From positions 1-64,000 of the forward strand of contig JAUCBJ010007049.1 in the NCBI GenBank assembly GCA_032718475.1: a stretch of DNA of 64,000 bases, read 5' to 3'. The position numbers and the translations under genes were made by a program. Numbering within the stretch: the stretch's first letter is position 1; each line of letters starts with the position of its first letter. This document shows positions 34,922 through 46,928 of this stretch, piece by piece. The notes under the pieces were generated by a model. The model saw nothing but the letters and a program-made list of their open reading frames with translations. It did not search any database and was not told the DNA's origin. Origin of the DNA: Nemertoderma westbladi. Lineage: Eukaryota > Animalia > Xenacoelomorpha.

Positions 34922-37900
34922 TTAGTATTTCTTACGAGGATGGCGTTTACGCAGTTTTTTGAGGCTAGCAAGAGTCCTTTTCTCTTTGGGGCGAGCCACT
35001 TTACTAGGAGGGCTGTAACTCCTGGGTGAAGGGTGCAATACAATTGCATCAGAAGGTTTAGGATTACTATCGGTGTATCCGCCAGTTGAGGTACCTGGTT
35101 GATCGATATCAACTTCAGTGGAGCGAGGTCTAACGGCCTTTAGGGCGCGTCTTAGGACAGCAGCTCCTACGGGTCCTTGACGGGTCGTCTGGACAACGGC
35201 GGTAGGTGGACCGTGAGTGGTGAGAAACTTCCTTGGTTTAATGGTTCTAATGATGACCATTAACTCAATTACAACCATTAATGGTTTAATGGTTGTAATT
35301 GATCAAATGGTATGAAGTAATATCGTTAGGATTGACGTTCCTAAGATATCTTCGAACAAATTTAGTGGAAATACACTCACCAACACGCTTCATTAGCTCG
35401 TAACTCGGTATGCGTGTTTTTTGTTCCACAGACACTAATAAATAAGGATGGAACGCGTAAACTCCCTCGTAAGAGCGTCCAGGGTAGTATCGATGACGGG
35501 ACTCACAATGTAAATCCGCGTTAGCTTCCCAAGCTCGGATGTAGCGCAGGGTAATCATTTCATCTACGCTCTCTAAATCGTGATTAAAGGGGCAATTATA
35601 ACTGGCATGTCCTTTAAGTTGACAGTGGTGGCATTGAGTCATAAATTGGGGGCAGACTGCAAAAATATGAGAGTTATTAAGTCTGCAATACGCACAATAT
35701 ATCTCCATCATCGGTTGTTCGTGGAAATAGGAGCAGGGCACGTCTGAGTCCATAGGGGTGAAATGGTCTCTCGATGCGCATAATCTACAACGTTTTCGAG
35801 AAACATAGTTAGCGTGTCGATAATCGTATGCGGTGAGACATTGTGGACCTTGATACCACTCTAAGACGTAGTCGTTATCGCTGCTCCGGGGTGCTGTAGG
35901 CTGAATCGCTTCAGCTTCTAAGCATATTGGTTCGTCTTCCAATTGCATAGCTGAGGTAGGTGCGGCTGTCTCCGCAAGCGGACCCACTGTCTGAACTTCG
36001 ATGACAAAATAACCCGTGGGTATTCGGGGTCTTTGTATAACAGATGAATGTAAGTTCTGTATACAAATGTCCTGAAAAAGGGCAAATCCCGCGCTGTTTA
36101 GCTTCTCCGCCGCTGAGTCTCTCAGGCTGAGTTTGGTCAGAGCGCGGTCCTTGAACTGACTATCAACGTTACGGAACGGAGTCAGAAAGCGCCTGAAACA
36201 TTCAAAGCGGATGAATTTATTGTGTTCATCTAACTTGGCGAGTTTGGTTCCGAGTATTAAGGGATGGGCGCGTATGGTACGACTGCACACATCGGCTAGC
36301 CAACCGGCAAGTGCTGCGTTTTCAAAGATCGTGTATATAGCTAAGGAGGGACGAAGTGGAACACTCATAAAGCTATACACGGCGCCAGGTGCGGTCAATG
36401 GTCCATCAAAGTATAAACGAGAATAATGATCTCCGTATACTTGTTGGTAATTGATAGGATTTCCAACCTTGAAATTCCATCCGTATTCTTGAAAGGCAAG
36501 ATGTCCGATGGAGGTTCGTTGTACTTTAGTAATTCCGCTGGGTGTATTGGCATACATAGTGCGGAAGAAACCTCGGCCTTCTGCCCAAGGAGCAATCAGC
36601 TGAGTATCAACGAAGGGGTATGGAATGTTCTCCATATTCCGAAAGTCGTTCTGTAGGTCTCCATAAACAGCTGAGCCGATTTTAAGGATTCTTTCGTTAA
36701 ACAACATCTCGAGCACGGGTTGGGGTAACATCGATCCATCGATACCCATGGCCGGTTTGCGCTCGGTGTCGGTGACGTAACGCTGCGCAAGTTCAAATTG
36801 TCCATGTCGGAGTTTCTTTTGTGTCTCAGTAAGAGTTTCAAAAGAATAATCAATAACGTCGGAACACGCTCGAGTAAATACGTGGGTAGAACCAGCGAGT
36901 CCTCGTATATGTATCATCCACGTAGTTCCAAGTTCTCCAACCGGAACGCTACCTTCGTTATCGTAAGTGACAACTCCATACATCTCGATAACGTTAAGAG
37001 TTTCGTTCCACTCCTTTGTGGCGTTTTCGAGTGTCATTCCCACAGGATGCCACAAGGTAGCGCATTCTCTAGCATTAGGCAGGTCTTTATACTTTAAATA
37101 TTGTGTGGTATGTGTTTCCACATCTCCATATCGTTGTATTCTTTCCTCCTCGAATAACACATCAAGATTCCAGTGCACTAAACGAGTTTTGATGAATCCA
37201 TCAAGATTATACGGAGGTATTGTTTCTTTCTCTATTCTGGAAACATTATATGGTTTTCGAAATGAGTTTACTTTAACTAACTGATCCAGATGTTTCTGCA
37301 GTTGTTCGAGTTCGACAAGATCGAGAGGATTTATTAGCGGTAGAAACTTCAGACTATGTGTAGGATCTTCCGGTTTTACCATGTAATATTGTTTTAGATT
37401 GACGTAATAAGGGTGATCTTTGATCCCGTAAAACGAGTCCGGTAAAGGTCTAGCGCGTGTGTTTACATTGTGTACCATGCGACGGACAAGATCTGCTCTA
37501 TTGTCCGGAGGTTCAACGAGTATACCATCGACACGAGCGGATTCGATGGGCGGACGCTGCAACAGAGGAGCGTCGGCGATAAGATCTCGAGATCTTAGGT
37601 TGATATCAACCGGTTGGGGTTGTGCCGTCGCAAAAAGTTTGTCTCCGAAATGGGGAACCATCGAGGGATGAAGAATGGTTTTAGAGTAGAGATCCGTCAT
37701 AAGGATTTGCGCTTCAGGTTGAGCTAAAGCCGCTTCTTCTCTCTCATCCAGTTCTATATGTCTCTCCTCGAGCTGATTCTCCTCCGCTTGTTGTTGTAGA
37801 CGCTCATCTAGAAACTCTTGTAAAGAGTAGGTTCGTCCACGTTCGATGTCCTCCTCGAGATTTTGTATTTCTCTATCGAACTGGGGTAAAGCTAATTCCT

Positions 37901-39110
37901 TCACCGCTTGGACTTGTTGCTGCAATTTACGCTTCTCCAAACAATCGTACGTTCCCTTTCCGATTTTCTAGCGTCTAATGCGTTTCGTACGACGCTCTCT
38001 TCTACTTCCGTAACGGGTTGGATAGAGGTGAAGCCGGGGTGGTTGTATGGGTTAAACGGCAATATTAGATGACCACGTCCCAATCCAGCTAGGTAGGGTT
38101 GGCGAATGTCTCGTGAGCCTACTACCGGAGTGCCACCGATCAACTGTTCGGGTAACACTAGATCTTTGAACAGTGAGTACAGTTCGGGAGGATCCGTGAT
38201 ACTATTAGGGTCAAGAGTTTGAGGTCTGACTAAGGAATGCGGAGGTCTGACCGAGTATTCCGGAACTCTGATCATCGGTTTGTTCAAGGATCGCTTGTGT
38301 CGAGCGACCGCGGGGGACACGTCGAACAGGTTTCGCTCGAAACTCCCGTAAGTATATTGTGTAAAACTGTGTTTAGCGCAACGTCTCCGCGGATGTTTAC
38401 GTCTTTCCGTTTGCTGATTGGGTCTAGGGCATTCGTCGCAGTAATACCACAGACGCATGTCCTGCAGAGGAAACGCGGGTGATCGTTCTCCAGTTTTACA
38501 ATATTCCTCCATCTGTTCGAAGCTATCTGGGACAACAGGTAGCGGTCGATCGGCGGTAAGATACATCATAGTGAAATAGAGTCGTTTGAGTTCTATCATA
38601 GGATCATGATGTATACCTTGAGGATATCGAGTTTCGAGATTTTGTTGACTGGCAATATTGAGGTATGTTTCTCTCAAGAATTCCAGATAATCGTTGAAGT
38701 CGTTGCGTTTATCCGGTTCTTCAACGTCTTCTCTTTCGAGTCGGTTTCGAATAGAGTTCTCGTGTTCTATTCTTGGCTTATCGTTCCGATTCCGTTGGGT
38801 ATGATATTTAAATAAAACCATTTCCCTTTCGGTATCCACATCGTCCGTATCGTGTAAATCGATAGGGTGGCCAGTAGTTAGGAAGTCCATATACGTACCA
38901 TTACGATGCGTATCCATATTTCTTTCACATCTTTCTATAATCCAATTCACGCGTAAGTTGCTCCGGGGACATTGGCGGTTCGATATAATGACCATCATCC
39001 TCCGTAGTAGTTGGACCAGCGTCGCCGCGTATCAAGCTATCGACAAACGCTTGTAAAGGTAGAGTATATCGCTCCCTGATACCAAGATCATCTTCTATCA
39101 ACTCAGTCAT
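34922..39110 (-). pseudogene. Accessory gene of C, probably one ~1400-aa frame broken by frameshifts
   Basis: Consecutive overlapping or abutting ORFs 39110-38925, 38998-37901, 37940-35286 and 35278-34922 (basic tail). Confidence 0.6.
35286..37940 (-). CDS. Exonuclease plus CCHC knuckle part of the C accessory protein
   Basis: VTYDNEG; LPQPVLEMLFNERILKIGSAVYGD; FVDTQ; SIGHLA; PLRPSLAIYTIFE; three knuckles; WEANADLH. Confidence 0.8.
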   Translation of the reverse strand: MEKRKLQQQVQAVKELALPQFDREIQNLEEDIERGRTYSLQEFLDERLQQQAEENQLEERHIELDEREEAALAQPEAQILMTDLYSKTILHPSMVPHFGDKLFATAQPQPVDINLRSRDLIADAPLLQRPPIESARVDGILVEPPDNRADLVRRMVHNVNTRARPLPDSFYGIKDHPYYVNLKQYYMVKPEDPTHSLKFLPLINPLDLVELEQLQKHLDQLVKVNSFRKPYNVSRIEKETIPPYNLDGFIKTRLVHWNLDVLFEEERIQRYGDVETHTTQYLKYKDLPNARECATLWHPVGMTLENATKEWNETLNVIEMYGVVTYDNEGSVPVGELGTTWMIHIRGLAGSTHVFTRACSDVIDYSFETLTETQKKLRHGQFELAQRYVTDTERKPAMGIDGSMLPQPVLEMLFNERILKIGSAVYGDLQNDFRNMENIPYPFVDTQLIAPWAEGRGFFRTMYANTPSGITKVQRTSIGHLAFQEYGWNFKVGNPINYQQVYGDHYSRLYFDGPLTAPGAVYSFMSVPLRPSLAIYTIFENAALAGWLADVCSRTIRAHPLILGTKLAKLDEHNKFIRFECFRRFLTPFRNVDSQFKDRALTKLSLRDSAAEKLNSAGFALFQDICIQNLHSSVIQRPRIPTGYFVIEVQTVGPLAETAAPTSAMQLEDEPICLEAEAIQPTAPRSSDNDYVLEWYQGPQCLTAYDYRHANYVSRKRCRLCASRDHFTPMDSDVPCSYFHEQPMMEIYCAYCRLNNSHIFAVCPQFMTQCHHCQLKGHASYNCPFNHDLESVDEMITLRYIRAWEANADLHCESRHRYYPGRSYEGVYAFHPYLLVSVEQKTRIPSYELMKRVGECISTKFVRRYLRNVNPNDITSYHLINYNH

Positions 39111-39930
39111 ATCTGCTATGAGTTTATCAATATTATAATGAGTTTATATATATTAGGCTAGCGGGCGTCGCTGCCTACCCCTCTTTTGCCCCCGGACAGT
39201 GTAAGATCCTCAGCGCCGATGTACCGTTGTCACTGTGCTTTCGCCAACGATGTAGCTACACAACGACAACGATAACCGGCACAAGTCACTTCACTGTCCG
39301 TCCCAAAGGCTTAGATGTACTGCAGGTTCTTCTTGGAGAGTTAGGGTTACTTTCACAATTGCGACTCGCTACTGTAAACACACCTTAGTAGTAACATTCA
39401 CCTACAAACGCACAAATTCAACACAACTGCAACAAACTGCACACATTCGGGCCATTTGTCCGTTAGTCAGTACCTTCCAGAATGTCACTGTATTTATTAT
39501 GTATCCTTGGATACTAGCAATGCGCTATTTATTCCCTATGCTATTCAATGGGGCATGCCTTCTATTGTTCTTTTAACTCACTTCTAATTCTAGCGTGGTT
39601 GTTGCCATGGTGACATTATGGAAAGCTAGCGGTAGAATTAGGGTAATTCTCATGCATACAGATCTGGGATGCTATTTAATAGTAATTCTTTAATGGTCAA
39701 TATCCCCTTTATACATGATTCTATGAATTTTATCGGCTATTGACTATACATTGGAGATTCTCGCACACAAATACACTTAATAGAGTGAATCTCCGCTCCC
39801 ATGATCTATTAATTAATGGAATTTTGGGAATGTTATAAATTGTCTAAAATGACAATTTATTAAATTCATTAAAATATCTGAATTTAAATTTATTCCCGTA
39901 AATTTTATTATTTAATGTTAAATAGACACA

Positions 39931-40198
39931 ATTTTATTCCAGAACGTGTCTGGGGACTGGGATCCTTGATTCTAGGAATTTTGTCCTTTTAAGAGTATCG
40001 GTAAGTGCTACGATATCTTAATCGACTAGAATTTTAAAGGATCTGATATTTGACAGATTTTTGTAAATATTAATAATTAATATTTAGGATGGGCACCAGT
40101 TTATTCCAGAACTTGTCTGGGGACGTTAACCATTGATTCTAGAATTTTGTCTTTCAAGTATATCGGTGGGTGCCGCGATATCTTAATCGACTAGAATT
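39931..40198. repeat. Two ~100-bp direct repeats (39931-40033, 40100-40198) in the C intergenic region
   Basis: tttattccagaac.tgtctggggac...cgatatcttaatcgactagaatt occurs twice. Confidence 0.85.
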
Positions 40199-40749
40199 AC
40201 AGATGGTCAAAGGGTTTAACAGATTTATTTGCGTTGTACGCTACTGTTAATGGGACATCACGCTACTATATGTATTATTTAATATACGGTATGAGAGCAA
40301 TATCGCACGAAGCAATGTCAGTGTGAAGAGGCAAGTCGTTTCCAAGGTCTACCCAGAGCTTGGTTTAGCCGAGACACGAGGATCTGAACTTTGCATTCCT
40401 AATACTCTGCCTACCAATAATACTTGAATATAGTAGTGGCTTTATTGTACTTTAATAAGTACGGACATTTCATCTTACTGTAGTCACGTATTTATAATGT
40501 AATACGGGCAGTAAGGAAGGAGAAAAAGAATTATTTCTCGCCGTCGCACTAAATATATAATATAAGTAATTACGTAATAAATGCGAATATATTGCACTAA
40601 TCTACTAAATGCTCGCTAAAATAACATGTTACTAAATAAAATTAAATAAAACGATTAAAATAAAATTACATAATAATACATACATAAATATAAAAATAAA
40701 ACAAATACAAATATAAAATATTATTGTCACACACCCACTCCAGCCGTTG

Positions 40750-43700
40750 TTAAGTTGGGGAGTCCCTAGATGTTTGTTGGATTAGGGAGGTGGTCGTGGG
40801 AAGAGTATCTTGTCTCCCATAGTTTCCGGAGAGTTCTCTGTCTCTTTCCAGTAAACATAAGCGACCAACTGGGCGATTGAGCTGCTGCGTCTCGAAGACA
40901 ATTCCCGGTTTCTTGAAGTTACGTCGCATGACGACGAGTTCTACTGATCGCACCAAACCGTCATCCGAGATGTGAGTCTCGATGATACGACCTGTCTGCC
41001 ACCGCTTACATAGAAGATCTACATCCACAATAAGAACCATGTCTCCAGCGCTGACGTTTTCTTGCTGCGCAAACCACTTAGTTCGAAGTTGTAGCGTGGG
41101 CAGATAATGTTTTTCGAAATGGTCAGCGAAACGACGGGATAACAACTGCATGAGTTGCCAAGTTTGTCGGCAGTATTCGTCTCCGTCTGTGATTTCCGAT
41201 TGTGGGAGCATGGCTACAGGTTTCTTCAGTAGGAAGTGCGCGGGTATTAGCGCTTCCAGGGAATCGGGACTCGATGAGACTGGCATAAGCGGTCTCTCGT
41301 TGAGATAGGCGGCGATTTCTTCCATTAACGTCCGCAAAAGTTTGTCGGTGAGATAAGCGCGGCAAGGCACTATAAAATGAAATGCTGTCTTCACACTTCT
41401 TATTAATCTCTCCCAACTTCCTCCCCACCAAGGGGCGTCGGCGGCGTTGAAGGTCCAACTAGACGCTGTTACTCGTAGTTGGTCGTCCACCTGTCTTTGG
41501 TTCCAATCTTTGACGTAAGCTTTGATTTCATTGTTAGCACCAATGAAGTTTGTTCCCTTATCAGATCTCATCGTGTTACTAGTGCCAAAGCGAGCGATCT
41601 GTCGTCGTGAGCTTAATAGAAAGCTGTTGGTAGATAAATCGTTCACCATATCGAGATGGATGGCTCTACAAGTCATACAAACAAAGATTACACACCATCT
41701 CTTGACTATAGTCCTAGCACGATATACTTCAATAGGGCCAAATAAATCCACACTGGTATTAGTAAAGGGTGGTTCATAAAAGCTTACTCGTTCCCTAGGT
41801 AATTCTGCCTCTCTCTGTGTTAAAGGCCTACTGAATGCTTTCCTACAGGGTATACAGTTCCTAAGAACTTGGTTCAGAGCTCTACGGGGTTTATAAAAAT
41901 AATAGCGAGTTCGAATTTCGCTAAGAACTCGTTCTCTACCAGCATGATAAAGTTTGCTGTGAACATCTACAATCATCTTGACTTGTATTTCAAGATTTCT
42001 AATGAGTATGGGGAACTTAGTATCAAAGGATAATGGGGCATTCGTTAACCTTCCTCCAACACGTATCAACCCATCTATCATTGTGCTAGAGAAACGATCC
42101 CTTAAGCGCATCTGTGGATTTCTCAACAACAGGAAATACTTATCGGAATCTTCATAGCATTGTAAGAGTCTCAGCATCTGTTTGTTGGTTTCTTCATGCT
42201 CCTGATAACTGATCTTCTCCTTCAGAAACCTGTCGGGTATCTTATGTTTGGGAAGATCTTTAATAACATGGACCTGCACTGATGTGATTGGAGCGGTATC
42301 ACCCTTTGTGAAAATGGTGAAAACATCTCTTTAAATATGTAACGGCCTTACAGAGCCGATTCCAGGAACTGTAGTGATGTATCGCTCTCTGCAGAAGAGG
42401 TGAGAGTCCTTGCGAGACGTCTGGTATGCCAGATTTCCAATCCTTATCACGGATTTCTACAATGGGTTTATTTGTGGCTGTGGGTTTCTGATCCAAAGCG
42501 TCGTCTCCGGAAGTATGTAGGACAGACAGATCTACTGTGGGTTTGAATAACTTCGATTTACTCGCCTGAGTTTTAGGTTTGACTTTCTCCGCTCCCTTGG
42601 CCTGTCTAATCTCTGCTGTAGTAAGATGAGGAGGCCATTCTTCTTCTTCTTTGTAGAGGAAGTCGGGTCCACCTAACCAGTCTGGAGTATCTACCAGTTC
42701 TTGTGGAGTTGCTCCCCTGGAAGCGATGTCCGCTGGATTAATCGTTCGGGGCAATGTCTCCATTGATCCATCGTCGTGCGACTGAGTATAATAGCTACTC
42801 TGTTGGTAACGAAGACGCTGAACTGACAGACTTCATTGGTGATATACTCCAACACGAGTAAAGCGTCGGTCCAATAGACAGTTTTCTCCAGGGGATAGTC
42901 GATCTGTTCTGTTACATTCCGGCCAATGGCTGTAGCGTATAGAGCCGCTTTTAACTCCGCTCGAGGAACTTTCAACTTGTTGTTTATCAATGCCTTAGAG
43001 GTAACCAAGGCGACTTTGATTCCGTCCGGAGTTTCCACCCTTAGGTAGGCTACTATACCGATTCCCATATTGCTGGCGTCTCCAAACACATGGAGTTGAT
43101 ATGAATACGTAGGGAGAACATGACCAAAATATGAACGGGAAATTATAAAGTTTTCGATGGCTGGTAGAGAATCTTCCCATTTCATCCACTTCTTTAATAA
43201 TTCTCCCTTAAGTGGATCGTCCCATGAGTGGTTTTCAAGCCACATTTGTTGTACTAAACTCCGAGCAATTAATATAACTGGGCTAATAAATCCCAATGGA
43301 TCGAAATAAGTGCTCAGGATTCTTAAACAAATCCGTTTAGTCCGAACTGGATTATCTCGCTGTTTTAATTGGAAAAACAGGATATCTCTTTCTGTGTCCC
43401 ATTTCAAACCAAGGGTCTTAGTTTCTGGTAGATCATCCTTTATTAGATCTAGGTCTTTTGCTCCTCGATCTTCTACCGGGATCGACTCCAGAAACTCACG
43501 GGAGTTGCTAGTGAATTTAGTTAATCGAAATCCACCTTTCTTTAAACATTCTACCGTTCCTTTAGCGACCTCAATGGCTTCTTCGACTGATGGAAGGGAC
43601 TTCAGATTATCGTCCATGTAGATGTTTCGTTTGATATTGTCGATCACCTCTTTAGAGAAGGCGTCTCGGTTGTCATCCGCAGTGGTGCGCACCACGGAAC

Positions 43701-44980
43701 AGGCGTTTGAAGGGCTCGAGATTATCCCAAAGGCTTGGATGGTCATCCAGTACTCCACCGGTTTCTTGTTGAGGTCTCCTTCAGGCCACCACAAAAATCG
43801 TAGGCTATCTCGATCCCTATCCAGCGCTTTGACTTGTAAGAACATGCCTTCTATATCTGAGGCGAAAGCAATGGAATATTGTCTTAATCTTAATAGTATT
43901 CCCAACAAGGATTGGAGTAAGTTGGGTCCGGGTAACAATTCAGAATTAAGAGATTGGCCCATATAAAGGGCGGAACCGTCAAACACCACTCGTACTTCAT
44001 GGGGTTTACCGGGTTTGGGAACGTAATGGTGAGTTAAATAATACGTTCTCTCAGTTATAGGTGTTTCTTCCGGTACTAGCTCCGCATATCCCTTGCTAAT
44101 AAACTTCTTCAACTGCGTTTGATACATTTCTTTAGCTGAAGAATTTGCTGTAAGGCGTCGATGTACTTGAGCAATTCTTTTCTCCGCCAAAGGTCTGTTG
44201 TTAATGAACTTTGGTTCTCGCTTTCGGAAAGGAAGTCCGATCTCATACCTACCTTGATCTTTAAGAAAACGAGTAGTTGTCGCTTGGATCTGCTTGGCTC
44301 TTTCTTCCTCCACCGATAGGGCCTTATCGTAGGAGTTGGGCTCTACAACCTCTTGAGTAAAGAATCTTACGGCGTGTTCATCCCGAGTCTTGGCATTATA
44401 ACGTTCAATGACGTCATTAAGCTCATCGTTATAGTCGTCTCGCTCGGATGGGAGAAGGAGTTGACATAAGTTCACTTGATTTTGCCAAGTCTCGCTTTCC
44501 TTAAAGAGATCGATGGCATTCTCCTCATCGAAAAGTTGATGTATATCGTCGTTGTCTGAGGAGTATGGAGTTCCCTCAGTTGGATCGTCGAACTCACTGT
44601 TCTCAACTTCCAATTCTCGCACTTGATATACCTGATCTTTCGGTAATCTTTCCATGAGAGTTCTACGGGAAGGGCCAGTAAAGTACCAACCTACTCTAGT
44701 TCTTACCGCATAGGTTTGTAGTGGCTGCGGTTGAGCAGGCCGTTTCTCCAATGTCTCGAGCGCCTCATGCGCGTTTTGGCCGATGAGTATTTGCACTCCA
44801 GGATAATCTGTCTGGAATCGAGGTATCTTAAGATGTTGGATGCTCTCATCCTCGTCCCAATTATAAAGGTCTGCTTGGGTAGTAGCGAAGTTCTTTATAG
44901 CCACCATTTTCACTGACCTTATGCTATGTTCTCCTAGTTCGTCCTGGGGGGTGGACAACGCACCTACATAATAATCCGCT
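40750..44980 (-). pseudogene. Pol of C (end of protease, RT, RNase H, integrase) with two frameshifts
   Basis: IYMDD, FGDAS, YWTDA, NPADIASRG, HAGR..CIPC, VDLFGP, SDKGTNF, WERLI. Breaks near 42750 and 42290. Confidence 0.9.
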
Positions 44981-45108
44981 TATAGAATTATATTCTCTAA
45001 ATGCCGTGGATTTTCAAAATTTTATTTTTATTCGAATTAACTTTGTAAAGATTGCTTTGAGTCCTCATTTGTATTGCTATTTCTATTTATACGCCTATTG
45101 GTCAAGTA

Positions 45109-45193
45109 GTTCAGTAGCTCAGTCGGTAGAGCGTTGGAAATTATATGTGTAGTAGGTATTGAGTTCGAATCCTAGTAATGCGAATTATTTTTT
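45109..45193 (+). ncRNA. tRNA-derived cassette in 5' LTR of B
   Basis: TAGCTCAGTCGGTAGAGC (A box/D arm), GAGTTCGAATCC (B box), T6. Anticodon and acceptor arms are degenerate. Confidence 0.65.
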
Positions 45194-45389
45194 GTGCAGA
45201 ATTTCAACTCATTTAAATTGACCGCTACAAATTAATTGCATTTGTCTGTACCAATGAGACTGCAGTTATTAGATTGTAACCAATGTCGTGCAAGTTATAT
45301 ATTAGCTGGACCAATAGTTATCTTTAAAAACCTGTTAGAACCTATAGAACAATCGAGAATTTTCTCGATTGATTGCAGCACAAATTTGG

Positions 45390-45420
45390 TATATAAAGGT
45401 GCGATTTCGTTCATTAGTTA
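45390..45420 (+). promoter_or_regulatory. Candidate TATA/Inr in LTR of B
   Basis: TATATAAAG followed by TCATTAGTT; TATAAA is retained in A. Confidence 0.4.
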
Positions 45421-46909
45421 TCTTTCTAATTCTATTTCAGATTAATTATTCTGAGTTATCTGATATTTGTTTATTCTGTCATTAGTATTCAGATTACATT
45501 TTGTATTATTATCTGCAATAAATTCAGAAATACCGCTATCTGCTTTTCCTTTCACCATGGATTCACTACGGTGAACAACCTTAGGAACAGGATGGCCGGC
45601 TAGAGATCGGGCCGCAGCAATGAACGGGAACATCGGGGGAATGTAGACAAGAGACAACCCGCAATACCATCTTGAGTTATTCGCCCATCGCCTGAAAGGT
45701 TAGACAGCGTTCGACGCCTTGCTACCTAAGTGTAAGACCAAAAGATCAAAGGGTAGAAGTAGTGACACGCTGTGAGCCTAAAATTACATCTTAGGGACTG
45801 TACTGTCTTGATTCAGGAAAAACCACAGTAGACCTTCACATTCCTACGGGGGGGAGAGCGCAGGCAGAGATACTAGTACGCAGATAGGACGTAGGCACAC
45901 CGGTACGAAGCATACAAATTGGTAGGGTGCAGCAAACTGTACGCCTAACTCTTGCTAAGTACGGGTGCGTCTGTGACTATTTGCAGTACAACAGTGTCCA
46001 TTGCATCAGAACTTGTAGGCTAGGAGGGTTGCTGTGTTTTCACCTGAATTGGGATTGTACCGTTCAGGCGGTAGGGCAGTTTACAACTAGGCGCAAATAA
46101 ATTGAGGCTATTAGGGATATACTAACATCTATCGTGTCCCCGCCAACGCCCTGATAGGAAGTTACCCAGCCTACCTGGGTGACTAAAATTCTAGATAAGA
46201 GCCAGGATAGCTATTAGTAACTGTACGCCTACAGTAGTAAACTAACACATCTCTTCTTAGTATCAGGGACCTGGTACCTAAAATTGCCGAATTCTGGGCG
46301 TAGCATTAACCTTATGCCTGAATTTGAGTCCTGGAAATACGCAAGAGGGGAAGGAACCTTATCATACGAATATTCTAATTTTGTAACTTGTAGGTCCAAT
46401 ACTCACTATTGGACCTACAAGTTACAAAATTAGAATATTCGTAAAATGCACACCGTACCCAGTAATTATATATGTGAAGGAGCAAAACTGCTTTTGACCG
46501 TTCAAAATTAACACACGCGCGTTAGAAATTATTTACACCTCAAAATATATAAAATTAACTTTTGTCCGTACTGTGCTTTGCCCGCTAGTTAGACATCTCC
46601 AAATCTCTGCCTTTGTACCTAGCTAGCGTCCCTTTCGCCCAACCATATAAATCACACCGCGGCAAAGTATACGAGCCCCTTAGTCCGTCAGTGGGTCAGC
46701 CTGATTTTAGGATTCGCTGCGCGGGATTTTGTTTTATCGAAGTTTGTCTGCTCGTAGACTGTTTTCTGCCTCACCGGTTATAAGAGATCGATACTGCAAT
46801 ATATTCGCTTACTTAGAGTTTACTGTTTTGGTGAGAAGGTCGGATTTATGATTTGATTCACAAACTTTACAGTAGGATATTGCAGGTATTGTTACCGTCT
46901 CTTCCAATA

Positions 46910-46928
46910 GTAGGAATGTGTTTTACTG
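46910..46928 (+). other. Non-canonical primer-binding-site position
   Basis: GTAGGAATGTGTTTTACTG directly follows the LTR, no TGG; complementary to 45826-45847. Confidence 0.55.

Larger units (their letters stand above)
44981..46909 (+). repeat. 5' LTR of B (1929 bp)
   Basis: Direct repeat of 59706-61600. Confidence 0.97.

Noticed and set aside
45109-45193. Functional tRNA gene
   Set aside because: Anticodon and acceptor stems do not pair properly; kept only as tRNA-derived.
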